A DNA stretch of 63,998 nucleotides, filler included, from Acidimicrobiia bacterium (GTDB lineage: Bacteria; Actinomycetota; Acidimicrobiia; Spongiisociales; SHLN01): the NCBI GenBank assembly GCA_041619515.1. It is 8 parts of 8 records of this genome, joined end to end, with 100 filler letters (N's around TTAATTAATTAA, not from the genome) between each part and the next. Parts side by side here need not be neighbours in the genome. Positions count along the whole stretch, not along the records: positions 17,284 to 25,745 come from JBFKDW010000100.1; positions 25,846 to 34,301 come from JBFKDW010000101.1; 6 more parts are not named here. The stretch is one strand, 5' to 3'. The position numbers and the translations under genes are program-made. Positions 18,402 through 28,105 of the stretch are shown here, in pieces. Below the pieces are notes generated by a model. That model was given only the letters and a program-made list of their open reading frames with translations. It was not told the origin of the DNA and did not search any database. Each line of letters starts with the position of its first letter. Position 1 is the first letter of the stretch.

Positions 18402-19540
18402 CCGCGGCGCCGGCCGTCAGCCGGCAAGAGATCGAGCGGCGCTACGCCCGCATCCGGGAGACACTGGCCGACAAGGGAATCGACGCCCTGGCGGTGGCGG
18501 GCACCGAATACACCGGCTTCGAGGGGGCTATTCGCTGGGTATCCGGGTTCCGGATGGTGCACCGCTACGCCTACGGACTCATCCCGTTGCAGGGGGACCC
18601 CGTCGCGGTCTTTCCCGCCGAGGCCCGCTGGGTCGGCCAGCACGGCGAATGCTGGATCGAGGAGAAGGTGTTTGCCGACACGCCCGGCGCCTGGATGCGG
18701 GAGCTCGCCGAGCAGAGGGGATGGAAGCGCCTGGCCGTGTACGGCCTCAACTTCGCCATGCCGGTGCGCGACTACGCAGCCCTCACCGCCGGGCAGATCG
18801 AGATCGTCGATTTCGACGTCGAGTTCGACTTGCTGCGGGCCGTCAAGAGCGAAGAAGAGCTTGGCCTGGTTCGCCACAGCTTCGAGCTCAACGAACGAGG
18901 ATTCTGGAAGGTGCTCGAGGCCTACGAGCCCGGCAAGACCGAGGCCGCCATCCTGGCTCCGGCTGAAGAGCTGTTCGTGCGCAGCGGCACGACCCGAACC
19001 ACACAGAACATGGTCCTGTCGGGCCGCAACGGCAGCGCCGGGCCCGAGTTCAAGCACCCGGACCCGACCCGGCCGGTCGAGCCCACCGATCTGCTGCTGT
19101 ACTCGGTGGAGATCGCCGGGCCGACCGGCTACTGGGCCGAGTTCGCCAGGCCCATCTCCCAGGCCGGCCTGAGCCCGAGGACCCAGCAGATCATGGACGC
19201 CTACCAGGAGTGCTTCGAACGGGCCCGGACCTCGCTGCGGGCAGGCAACACGGCGCACGACGTGCACATGCAGGTGTTCGGGGCCTTCGATGGGCTGGAT
19301 GTGAAGGCGGGCCATGTCACCGGCCATTCCATCGACATGATCATGGTGGCTCACCCGCGGATCGGTGAAGGTGTCGAGACGGTTCTCGAGGAGAACATGA
19401 TCATCTCGATCCATCCGCACGTGGTCACAACCGACGAGGCGAACTGCCTCTACATGCAGGAGACCTTCCGGGTGACCGCCACCGGCGGAGAGCAGCTCTC
19501 GAGCGTCCCGATCGTTGCCTTTGATGGGAGCGAGCGCTGA
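18389..19540 (+). CDS. M24-fold (creatinase/aminopeptidase P-like) hydrolase
   Basis: RAVKSEEE, GHSI, SIHPH; N-terminal creatinase-like domain. Confidence 0.82.
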   Translation: MEAVTAAPAVSRQEIERRYARIRETLADKGIDALAVAGTEYTGFEGAIRWVSGFRMVHRYAYGLIPLQGDPVAVFPAEARWVGQHGECWIEEKVFADTPGAWMRELAEQRGWKRLAVYGLNFAMPVRDYAALTAGQIEIVDFDVEFDLLRAVKSEEELGLVRHSFELNERGFWKVLEAYEPGKTEAAILAPAEELFVRSGTTRTTQNMVLSGRNGSAGPEFKHPDPTRPVEPTDLLLYSVEIAGPTGYWAEFARPISQAGLSPRTQQIMDAYQECFERARTSLRAGNTAHDVHMQVFGAFDGLDVKAGHVTGHSIDMIMVAHPRIGEGVETVLEENMIISIHPHVVTTDEANCLYMQETFRVTATGGEQLSSVPIVAFDGSER

Positions 19541-19541
19541 C

Positions 19542-21116
19542 TCACACGAAGTGCGAAGCCACCATGAAGCCCGAGTTGCCGCCCAGCCCGGGACCTGGAT
19601 GCGTCGATGCGCCGATGTGATAAAGGCCCTTCACTGCGGTTTCGTGGTTGCGGGCTCCGGGGAACGGCCGCCACAGCAGGAATTGATCGATCGTGCAGGC
19701 GCCCGAGTACGGGTCGCCCCCCACGAGGTTGATGTTCATGTGTTCCAGCTCGGCGGGGGAGTAGGCAGCCCGTCCGACGATGCTCGATCGGAAGTTCGGA
19801 ATCAGGTCCGACAGGCGTCGCTCGATCCGCTCGAGATAGGCGTCCTTGACCTCGTCTGTCCAACTCCCGTCGGCGGGGACCGGGATCTCCCCGGCGGCGT
19901 CGCCCTTGATGCGAGAGGGCAGCTCCTGGAGCTGTATCCAGAAGATCGAGCCGCCCTCCGGTGCTCGCGAGGGGTCGAGGGCCGCCGGCTGTCCGATCAC
20001 GATGGTCCCCAACTCGGGCAGCAACCCCCGGTCGGCCTCGTTGACGGCCCTGGAGACGCCGTCGAGCCCCGGTGTGATGTGCACGTAGGCCACGCCGGCG
20101 AGGTCCGGATCGGGCCAGTCGGGCGGGGCGCTCAATGCATAGTGCACCTGCATGTCGGCCCGCCCGTACCGGTAGGTTTGTGCTTTGGCAGCCACCTCCT
20201 CCGGCGGATCGTCCAGGAGGCGCCCGTACAGCTGGGTGGGGGTGACGTTGCATATCACCGCCTCGGTGGCCGGGTACGACACGCCATCTTCGGTGACCAC
20301 ACCGGAGGCCTTCCCGCCTGCAACGGCGATGCGGGCGACATCGGCTCCGGTGACGAACGAGCCACCATGCTGCTCGACGACGGCTTGGAAGGCGTCGACG
20401 ATCTTCTGGCTCCCGCCCACCACGATCGGCATGCCGGCCATCCCGACCGCCCCCATGATGACCTTTCCCATGAGCCCTGAATACGCATCGTCGGGCCCGA
20501 GGCCGGCGTGCAGCACCCAGGGGGCGATGATGGCCTTGACCAGATCGCTCTCGAAGTCCCGTTCCACCCAGGTTCGGCATGATTCGAGGGCCTCGCCGAA
20601 GAACGTGAAGGTGCCGGCCACCTTCCGCTTTCGAACTTCGCGGAACAACACCCTGGCGGCGGCCCGGCTGTAGAGCTCGTTTCCGAGCAGGCCGAAGGTG
20701 AGGTCGGCGTTGGCTTCGAAGAAGCTGCTGATCGCCGATCCGAACGATGCCCCGTCGCCGTCGTGGACGGCATCGAAGCGCCTGGCGGTTTCGGCGCCGT
20801 CGGTCGACATGATGAGGCTGCGCCCATCTTCGGTCAGCACGGCGGTAGGAAGGTCGGTGTTGGCGAACTCGAGGCCGGCGGCGTGGAGGTCGGGGCCGAG
20901 CGCCTCGTAGCCGGGACCGGCCGTGAAGAGCGGGTAGGAGCTGGAGAGGATGTCGTGGGTGTAGCCCGGGAACAGTTCGTCGGACCGGATGCATCCACCG
21001 AGGCGATCGTTGCGTTCGAGCACCAGAACTCGCTTGCCTGCTTTCGCCAGCACGGCGGCGCACACGAGTGAGTTCATGCCGCTGCCGACGATCACGAACT
21101 CGTGCGTCTCAGCCAT
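19542..21116 (-). CDS. phytoene desaturase-family FAD oxidoreductase
   Basis: IVGSGMNSL.CA, LER....GG, IGASTHPGPGLGG.SG. Confidence 0.85.
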   Translation of the reverse strand: MAETHEFVIVGSGMNSLVCAAVLAKAGKRVLVLERNDRLGGCIRSDELFPGYTHDILSSSYPLFTAGPGYEALGPDLHAAGLEFANTDLPTAVLTEDGRSLIMSTDGAETARRFDAVHDGDGASFGSAISSFFEANADLTFGLLGNELYSRAAARVLFREVRKRKVAGTFTFFGEALESCRTWVERDFESDLVKAIIAPWVLHAGLGPDDAYSGLMGKVIMGAVGMAGMPIVVGGSQKIVDAFQAVVEQHGGSFVTGADVARIAVAGGKASGVVTEDGVSYPATEAVICNVTPTQLYGRLLDDPPEEVAAKAQTYRYGRADMQVHYALSAPPDWPDPDLAGVAYVHITPGLDGVSRAVNEADRGLLPELGTIVIGQPAALDPSRAPEGGSIFWIQLQELPSRIKGDAAGEIPVPADGSWTDEVKDAYLERIERRLSDLIPNFRSSIVGRAAYSPAELEHMNINLVGGDPYSGACTIDQFLLWRPFPGARNHETAVKGLYHIGASTHPGPGLGGNSGFMVASHFV

Positions 21117-21927
21117 CTGGATGCTCCTTGGTCTCGGAGTCCGGGGACAGCTCGGCCCGGCTGATCCCGGTCGGGCCCAGGGCGGTGTAGCCGCCGTCGA
21201 CGGCAATGTCTTCCCCCGTGATGAACGATGCCCAATCGGAGGCGAGAAACACGACCACCCGGGCGACTTCTTCTGGATCGGCGATGCGGCCCGGGAGGTG
21301 AAAGGCGCCTGCGAAAGTGTCGGCTCGCTCCCGGTCCCCACCCGACATCGCCTTGACCGGGTTGCTCCACGTCCAGGCGGGGGACACCGAATTCACCCGA
21401 ATGCCCTGATCGGCGAGCTTGACCGCCTCGTTGCGCGTGATGCCGAGGATGGCTGCCTTGGTGGCGCTGTACACGAAGGATCGGTGGGTGGCTCGTTTCC
21501 CCGACGTCGACGCGAAGTTGATCACCGAGCCACCCCCAACCGCCGCCATGTGGGGAGCCACTTTGGCGGTCAACAGCACGCCGGAAACGAGGTTGACGTT
21601 GAGAGCGGTGAGCCAGTCGTCCCGGCTGGTGTCGAGGCCGTGGTCGAGGTAGGTGGCGGCGGCGTTGACGAGCACGTCGATGGCGCCGAAGGAGTCGAGG
21701 CAGCGCTCGACCAGGCCGTCGAGCTGCGCATCATCGGTGATGTCGGACCGTGAGAAAAGCACACCGTCGCCGAGACCGTCGACGGCTTTGCGGCCGTCCG
21801 CTTCGTTGATGTCGGCCGAGACCACAGCCGCCCCCGCAGCATGAAGCGTCTCCACCACCTTTGCGCCGATCAAGGTTGCCCCGCCGGTGACGATGGCCGC
21901 CTTACCTCCCAAGTCCACGCTGATCAT
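21109..21927 (-). CDS. short-chain dehydrogenase/reductase
   Basis: TGGATLIG, LVNAA, YSATK (YxxxK), VNSVSP.WTWS, VDGGY. Confidence 0.92.
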   Translation of the reverse strand: MISVDLGGKAAIVTGGATLIGAKVVETLHAAGAAVVSADINEADGRKAVDGLGDGVLFSRSDITDDAQLDGLVERCLDSFGAIDVLVNAAATYLDHGLDTSRDDWLTALNVNLVSGVLLTAKVAPHMAAVGGGSVINFASTSGKRATHRSFVYSATKAAILGITRNEAVKLADQGIRVNSVSPAWTWSNPVKAMSGGDRERADTFAGAFHLPGRIADPEEVARVVVFLASDWASFITGEDIAVDGGYTALGPTGISRAELSPDSETKEHPDG

Positions 21928-21968
21928 CCCGGCCCTCTCCCTCCGTCACCGCCACGGGGCACGTGGCG

Positions 21969-22424
21969 CTAGCCGCTCAGCTCGGCCCCGGCCGCAGTGA
22001 AGAACTCCTCCATGATGGCGTCGGCTTTCTTGCGTATCGTCCCCGAACCCATGGTGGCCACGGTCCCGATGACGTTCCACTTGCCCTTGACGTGGATGGT
22101 GGTCCCGTTGGCGGTCGGCTCCAGCGAAAGCGTCCCGTCGACGATGATGCTGGTGGACACCGCCCGATCCTCCCCCTTGGCCCGGAAGCCAATGGAGGTG
22201 CCCTCCGCCAGGTCCGTAACGCGGATATCGAGGTCGGCTCGCAGCTTGAACGGCCCGAACTGATCCTCGAGCAAGGCCTCGTAGCTCTCCAGATGCTCCA
22301 GCTCACGAACCTCCCCGACCACCGTCACCCAGTCGGCCACGCGCTGGACGTCGGTGAGCACCCCCCAGCAATCAGCGGGGGACCGGCTCACGCCCAGCGA
22401 CCGTTCGAACTCGGCCGACGGCAT
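21969..22424 (-). CDS. CoxG/SRPBCC family protein
   Basis: W..LTD...VA, GPFK, position directly after the Mo subunit gene. Confidence 0.75.
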   Translation of the reverse strand: MPSAEFERSLGVSRSPADCWGVLTDVQRVADWVTVVGEVRELEHLESYEALLEDQFGPFKLRADLDIRVTDLAEGTSIGFRAKGEDRAVSTSIIVDGTLSLEPTANGTTIHVKGKWNVIGTVATMGSGTIRKKADAIMEEFFTAAGAELSG

Positions 22425-22427
22425 CGT

Positions 22428-24902
22428 TCAATCCGAGCCGTTCTTCGACACGACGGTCACGCCCCTGTCCTCCGGACTGCCCTGCCAGTTCAGCATGCGC
22501 CACACGCGCTCGGGCGGGTTGAAGGAGTCATCCACGATGGCTCCGGCGGGGCCGATCGCATCCTGAATCGCCGACGACAGCGTGTGGACCGGAGCTCCGC
22601 CTCCTTCGCCCATTCCCTTGGCTCCCGTCCCGCTGAACGGGGAGGGCGATTCGATGTGGTCCGTCTTGATGTTGGGGACATCGACCGCCGAAGGGGCGTG
22701 GTAGAAGAGGAAGTTGCTCGTCAACAGCTGCCCATCCTCGTCGTACTCGAAGGATTCCCGGAGGGCGGCGCCGATGCCGTGGGCGGTCGCCCCGTGCACC
22801 TGGCCTTCTACCACCATCGGGTTGATTCGGGTGCCGCAGTCGTCGACGACGGCGTAATCGAGAATCTCTACCTTGCCGGTCTCCTCGTCCACCTCGATCA
22901 CCGCTGCGTGGGTCTGGGTGGCATAGGTGAGGGTGAGGTTGCCGTACTTCTTCTCGACGTCGGGCACTTCGAAGGGGGGCACATACACATGGCGGCATAC
23001 CAGCGAGAGGCGCTCGGCCATCTCGTGGGGAAGCGTCGCGTTGTTGGCAAGCACCATGTTGGCGATCCCGATGAAGGGAATCGCCGCCTCCGGGTTTCCG
23101 ATGATGCGGGCGTCCCCGTTGACCAGCTCCACCTGGTCCTGTTCGACCCCAAATGCATGGGCCGCCACCTCGATGATCTCGGCTTTCAGCTTGTTGACCG
23201 CTCCGATGACGGCGTTGATGCCGGTGACCGCGAACTGGCTGGCATAGGTGCCGGAGAACCCGATGTAGGCGCTGTGGGATTTGTCGAACCCGGCCCACAC
23301 CCGGATGTTCTCGGGGCTCATCCCGAGGATGTCCGCCGCCACCTGGGATGCAGTCGTCTCGTGGCCCTGGCCCTGGGGGCTCGTGCCCAGCTTGAGCATG
23401 ACTTCGCCGTACAGGTCGAGCAAGGCGGTGCAGGCCTCACCGTTGCCCGAGAAGGGCAGCTCCGGGTTCAGGATGCGCGATTGGCCGAAGTTGTTCGTTC
23501 CCGAATCGAGCGTGGTGCCGATCCCGATGCCGATCCGCTTGCCGCTGCCCGCCCGGCTCTCCTTGAGCCGCTTGGCTCCCTCGTAGTCGATCATCTCCAA
23601 CACCCGGTCGAGTGAGGCCGGCAGATCCCCCGAGTCGTACACACAGCCGTTTGGTGTCGTATAGGGGTAGTCCTCGGGTTGGACGTAGTTGAGCTTGCGG
23701 ACTGCCACCGGGTCGAGGCCGAGCTCCTGAGCGACCAGATCGACCACCCGCTCGACGAACCAGATGTGCTGCATGCGCGAGTACCCGCGATTGGGCACGG
23801 CGGGACACTTGTTGGTGAGCGTCTCGGTGTAATCCACCTGCACATGCTTGAACTTGTACGGGCCGGGCACCACCTGGGACCAGATGACCGCCCCCAGCGG
23901 CTCGTAATGCAGGTAGGCGCCGGCGTCGTCGAAGGCACGCATCTTGAACCCCAGCATCGTGCCGTCGGCCATCACGGGAACCTCGATGTCGAGGAAGGTG
24001 CGTTCGTTGCCATGCCCTCCGGCCTGATGGTGCTCGGTGCGGGTCTCGGTCCACTTCACCGGCCGCCCTGCCTTCCGTGACAGCAGAGCCAGCGCGCCGA
24101 TGTAGATGTACGAGTTGATCTTGATGCCGAAGCCACCGCCGATGTCCTGGGAAACGAAGTCGAACTGGTCGATTCCCACTCCCATCGACGGCCCGATGAC
24201 AAGGGCCCCGAACATGGGGAACTGGTTGTTGGACACCACCCGGATCATGTCGGTACCCGGATCCCAGTTGACGAGCACCGCGTTGCACTCGATGGGCGTC
24301 GACGAGTACCGGTGGAAATGGAGCTTGTCGATCTTGACGACGTGATCGGCGTTCTCGAGCGCCCAATCGATGTCACCCCAATCGAAGAGGCCTTTCCAGG
24401 CGACGTTGTCTCCCAGCGAGTCGTGCAGCACGTAGCTCTCTGGGTCGGCTGCCGCCACGCCGTCGATGACCACCGGCAGCGGGTCGTATTCGACCTCGAT
24501 GAGGTCGGCGGCGTCCCGGGCGATCTCTCGCGTCTCGGCCATGACCAGAGCGACGGCGTCCCCCTGGAAACGGGCCACGTCCACGGCGAGCAGATACTCG
24601 TTCATCTGCTGCCCGTCTTCCTTGGGCGCGAACTGGAAGAGCGGTTCGGTCATCGCCTTGACCTCATCCCCGGTCAGGGTGGTGATGACCCCGGGGAGCG
24701 CCTCGGCCTTGGAGACGTCGATGCTCACGATCCGGGCGTGGGCATGGGGCGAGCGCACGAACTGGGCATAGCCCTGCCGGTGCATGCCCTCGTCGTCGAC
24801 GAACGAGCCCTGGGCTTTGAGCAGCCGCTCATCCTCCTTGCGCGGCAGGCTCTGGCCGGTCCAGGTGGCCTGGGTGACCTTGTCGGTCGTCGGCGCGGTC
24901 AT
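22428..24902 (-). CDS. xanthine dehydrogenase-family molybdopterin-binding large subunit (CoxL-like, not form I CODH)
   Basis: RKED.RL, RSPHAHARI, DIGGGFG.K, QGQGHET, DDCG..INP..VEGQ, AKGMGE; active-site loop PNRGYSR. Confidence 0.93.
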   Translation of the reverse strand: MTAPTTDKVTQATWTGQSLPRKEDERLLKAQGSFVDDEGMHRQGYAQFVRSPHAHARIVSIDVSKAEALPGVITTLTGDEVKAMTEPLFQFAPKEDGQQMNEYLLAVDVARFQGDAVALVMAETREIARDAADLIEVEYDPLPVVIDGVAAADPESYVLHDSLGDNVAWKGLFDWGDIDWALENADHVVKIDKLHFHRYSSTPIECNAVLVNWDPGTDMIRVVSNNQFPMFGALVIGPSMGVGIDQFDFVSQDIGGGFGIKINSYIYIGALALLSRKAGRPVKWTETRTEHHQAGGHGNERTFLDIEVPVMADGTMLGFKMRAFDDAGAYLHYEPLGAVIWSQVVPGPYKFKHVQVDYTETLTNKCPAVPNRGYSRMQHIWFVERVVDLVAQELGLDPVAVRKLNYVQPEDYPYTTPNGCVYDSGDLPASLDRVLEMIDYEGAKRLKESRAGSGKRIGIGIGTTLDSGTNNFGQSRILNPELPFSGNGEACTALLDLYGEVMLKLGTSPQGQGHETTASQVAADILGMSPENIRVWAGFDKSHSAYIGFSGTYASQFAVTGINAVIGAVNKLKAEIIEVAAHAFGVEQDQVELVNGDARIIGNPEAAIPFIGIANMVLANNATLPHEMAERLSLVCRHVYVPPFEVPDVEKKYGNLTLTYATQTHAAVIEVDEETGKVEILDYAVVDDCGTRINPMVVEGQVHGATAHGIGAALRESFEYDEDGQLLTSNFLFYHAPSAVDVPNIKTDHIESPSPFSGTGAKGMGEGGGAPVHTLSSAIQDAIGPAGAIVDDSFNPPERVWRMLNWQGSPEDRGVTVVSKNGSD

Positions 24903-25441
24903 GCGTCCACCTCCTTGGCGTGCTCTCTGTTGAGGCGCTCGATCAGCGCCAGGCCCGAGTCCCCGTGCGCCGCAGCCGAGATTGCCTTGACGATGTTCAC
25001 ATACCCGGTGCATCGGCACAGGTTGCCGTGGATGGCCTCCCGAATCTCGGCCGCCGTCGGGTTCGGGTTTCTCTCGAGCAGGAACTGGGAGCTCATCAAG
25101 ATGCCGGACGTGCAATAGCCGCACTGCAGTCCGTGATGCTCCCGGAAGGACTCCTGGAGCTGGTTGAGCTCGCCGGACTCGCCGGCCAGGGACTCAACGG
25201 TGTCGACGCTGGCGCCGTCGGCTTGGGCAGCCAGCATCATGCAGCTCTTGACGATCTTGCCGTCGTAGTTGACGGTGCAGGCGCCGCAATGGCCCGTGTC
25301 ACAGCCGATCTTCGGTCCGCGTAGCCCGAGCTCGTCGCGCAGGAAGTGCACCAGCAGCTGACGTGACGAAACGGTCCGGCTCACTGCATGGCCGTTGAGT
25401 GTGAACTCGACGTCCTGGATGGAATCTGGCTTGTTAGCCAT
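24899..25441 (-). CDS. 2Fe-2S small subunit (CoxS-like)
   Basis: GCDTGHCGACTV...SC, QCGYCT, NLCRCTGY. Confidence 0.95.
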   Translation of the reverse strand: MANKPDSIQDVEFTLNGHAVSRTVSSRQLLVHFLRDELGLRGPKIGCDTGHCGACTVNYDGKIVKSCMMLAAQADGASVDTVESLAGESGELNQLQESFREHHGLQCGYCTSGILMSSQFLLERNPNPTAAEIREAIHGNLCRCTGYVNIVKAISAAAHGDSGLALIERLNREHAKEVDA

Positions 25442-25745
25442 GCTGGCCTCCCTCGATCGCTTCCATGACTGCTCGCTTGGCCACCACCGATGCCATCGCC
25501 CGGCGGTAGTCGGCGCTGGCGTCCGCATCGGAAATGGGCTCGATGTCTTCCCCGGCGGAGGCGGTCGCCGCCGCCACCGTTTCGGCGGTCGCCGGCGCGC
25601 CGGCCAGGGCTTCCTCGGCCCTCGCTACCCGCACCGGAACCGGCAGGCAGCCGAGGGCGACGCGGGCGCTCTCGATGGTTCCGTTCGAAGCAGCCACCAC
25701 CGCCACCGCCCGGACGGCCGCCTCGCCTATCTCGATGTCCTGATA
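25434..25745 (-). CDS. C-terminus of FAD-binding medium subunit (CoxM-like), 5' truncated
   Basis: ARVALG...P.R...AE..L, P.SD..ASADYRR. Confidence 0.85.
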   Translation of the reverse strand, partial: YQDIEIGEAAVRAVAVVAASNGTIESARVALGCLPVPVRVARAEEALAGAPATAETVAAATASAGEDIEPISDADASADYRRAMASVVAKRAVMEAIEGGQHG

Positions 25746-25845
25746 NNNNNNNNNNNNNNNNNNNNNNNNNNNNNNNNNNNNNNNNNNNNTTAATTAATTA
25801 ANNNNNNNNNNNNNNNNNNNNNNNNNNNNNNNNNNNNNNNNNNNN
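25746..25845. other. artificial contig spacer
   Basis: N run with TTAATTAATTAA. Confidence 0.99.
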
Positions 25846-25846
25846 G

Positions 25847-25963
25847 GTCCTGACCGTCACCCTCCAAGGCGAGGTCGAGTTCACGCTGCTGCGAATCTTC
25901 CTCGGCGGCGGCCGGATCGCCGTCCAGGCCACCGGCTCGGCGGAGGCCCTACCGGCACCGTGA
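25847..25963 (+). CDS. C-terminal fragment, possibly a Tad pseudopilin (TadE/TadG-like)
   Basis: Manual translation VLTVTLQGEVEFTLLRIFLGGGRIAVQATGSAEALPAP*; weak resemblance only. Confidence 0.35.
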   Translation, partial: VLTVTLQGEVEFTLLRIFLGGGRIAVQATGSAEALPAP

Positions 25964-26161
25964 GGTGCCTCGCCTCCCGTGCTTGACGATACAGGGGATG
26001 ATCGGCGGCGCCATCGCCACGCTGCGGCTCACCGCCGTCATCTGGCCCAAGCTCAGGCGCTCGTTCCACGTCGGTCGCGATGTGTAGCCTCGGCGGGGAG
26101 GGGCTCGCGGGGTGCGAGATGTGACCCCAGCGCGTCCTTCACGGACTCATGAAGGGGTGTT

Positions 26162-28087
26162 GTGATGACCACCGCGACCGGCACGCGCTCGAAGTACGCC
26201 AACCCATCGTCAGAGTGCGATGTGGTGATGAAGGGGGGCATCACCAGCGCCGTCATCTACCCGCTGGCGGTCTGCAAGATCGCCGAGGACCGTCACCTCC
26301 GCAACATCGGAGGCGCGTCGGCCGGTGCGATCGCCGCCGGCATCGCCGCCGCCGCCGAGTACGCCCGCGAGACCTTTGGGTTCGAGCGACTGGAAGAACT
26401 TCCGAGCAAGGCCGGCGAGAACCTCGACCTCCTGTTTCAGCCCACCGACCGCACCCGGCCGGCGATGCAGGTGCTGCTGGCGGCGCTGCCGCCGCCGGCC
26501 GGGAAGGTGCGGCGGGCGTTACGCGTGCTCGCCGCTCTCATCCGCGGGCGGCTGGCCGCGTTCCTGGCCGCCTTCCTGGTGGTGGGCGGCATCACCTTCC
26601 TGACGGCCGTGACCTCGCTGGGATTGCCCCTGGAATCCGGCGATTGGCCGCGCCTGCTGTGGGCGTGGGCACCGTCGGCCATCCTCATCGCCCTCCCGAT
26701 TGCGCTGCTCGCCACCGTTGTCGCGCTGGTTCGGTTGATTCTGAAGGAAACGCCCTTCAACTACTTCGGCATCACCAACGGCAGCACCTCACAACCCAAA
26801 CAGGGGCCCGGCCTCACTCCCTGGCTGCATGACCGAATCCAGGAAGTAGCCGGGCTCGGCGATGAGATCCTCACCTTCGGCCATCTGTGGGGCCCCGGCG
26901 CCGTCGCTGCCTGGGAGGGGGACGACAACGAAGACGAGGAAGACGACGAGCCGGACCCCGCCGCCGCCGAACGAGCCCGCCTGGAGCGGCGCCACATCAA
27001 CCTCGAGATGATGACGACCAACCTCACCGAGGGGATGCCCTACCGAATGCCGTTCGAAGGGCGGCGGTTCGCGTTCTGCCCGGCCTGCTTCGAAGATTTG
27101 TTCCCCACCCCGGTGGTGGAGCGGATGACGGGGTCGTCGGTGGAGGTGGACCCCGGCGACGATGGTCGCACCACCTGCCTGACCCACGAGACGAGCCGGC
27201 TCCGGCACCTCCCGCCGGCACCTGAGTTTCCCGTCCTGGTGGCGGTGCGCATGAGCCTCAGCTTCCCGGTCCTCATCAGTGCGGTGCCTCTGTACAAGAG
27301 GGACTTCAATCGCAAGAAGGGCAACCACAACTGGGTGCGCCACTGGTTCTCCGACGGCGGCATCGGCAGCAACTTCCCCATCCACTTCTTCGACTCCCTG
27401 TGGCCGTCGCGGCCGACCTTCGGCATCGACCTGGAGGACACGCACCCCGACTTCCCGGAGTCACAGTTCTACCTCCGGAAGCAGAGCAGCCGCGCCCAGC
27501 CGAGGACGTGGCCCATCGCCAGCCTGGTGGGATTCCTGGGGCAGATCATCAGCACGATGCAGAATTGGCGCGATCGGTCGCTCAGCATGACACCGGGCTA
27601 TGCCAGCCGAATCGTCCAGATCCTCCAGAACGAAGAGGAGGGCGGCATCAACCTGCGGATGCCGGCCCCCGTCATCGACACATTGTCGAAGCGCGGGGCG
27701 GCCGCCGCCGCCGAGTTCGACCGGTTCGACATGGACTACCACCGCTGGCTTCGGTACCGCATCGCCATGTCAGAGCTGGACGTGGTCCTGACCGGGCTCA
27801 GCCGGCGGTATGCCTCGACGCCCCCGCAGGCAGCCGACTATCGGGAGTTCATCAAGCGATTCCCCGAGCGCATGAAAGACGAGGACAAGAAGATACCGTA
27901 TGAGCCCACCGGCCCGGAGTTCCCCGTGACCGGCGCCGACTGGCGCGAGGCAGACCAGGACAACACGAAAGACCTCATCGAGGTCGCCAACAAGTGGGTC
28001 AGCAAGGGCAACATCGCTCGCCACAGATCCCCCTCCCCCAGCCCCATCCTGCGGTTCGACTCACGCCAGGTCGAGCGGCGTAAATAG
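26162..28087 (+). CDS. patatin-like phospholipase with internal TM hairpin
   Basis: KGGITS, GASAG, RMSLSFP, SDGG; two hydrophobic helices about aa 120-190. Confidence 0.85.
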   Translation: MMTTATGTRSKYANPSSECDVVMKGGITSAVIYPLAVCKIAEDRHLRNIGGASAGAIAAGIAAAAEYARETFGFERLEELPSKAGENLDLLFQPTDRTRPAMQVLLAALPPPAGKVRRALRVLAALIRGRLAAFLAAFLVVGGITFLTAVTSLGLPLESGDWPRLLWAWAPSAILIALPIALLATVVALVRLILKETPFNYFGITNGSTSQPKQGPGLTPWLHDRIQEVAGLGDEILTFGHLWGPGAVAAWEGDDNEDEEDDEPDPAAAERARLERRHINLEMMTTNLTEGMPYRMPFEGRRFAFCPACFEDLFPTPVVERMTGSSVEVDPGDDGRTTCLTHETSRLRHLPPAPEFPVLVAVRMSLSFPVLISAVPLYKRDFNRKKGNHNWVRHWFSDGGIGSNFPIHFFDSLWPSRPTFGIDLEDTHPDFPESQFYLRKQSSRAQPRTWPIASLVGFLGQIISTMQNWRDRSLSMTPGYASRIVQILQNEEEGGINLRMPAPVIDTLSKRGAAAAAEFDRFDMDYHRWLRYRIAMSELDVVLTGLSRRYASTPPQAADYREFIKRFPERMKDEDKKIPYEPTGPEFPVTGADWREADQDNTKDLIEVANKWVSKGNIARHRSPSPSPILRFDSRQVERRK

Positions 28088-28105
28088 TCGCAGATAGGGG
28101 TATCG

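Noticed and set aside
22428..24902. Aerobic CO dehydrogenase (coxL)
   Set aside because: It lacks the AYxCSFR Cu-binding loop and has PNRGYSR instead.
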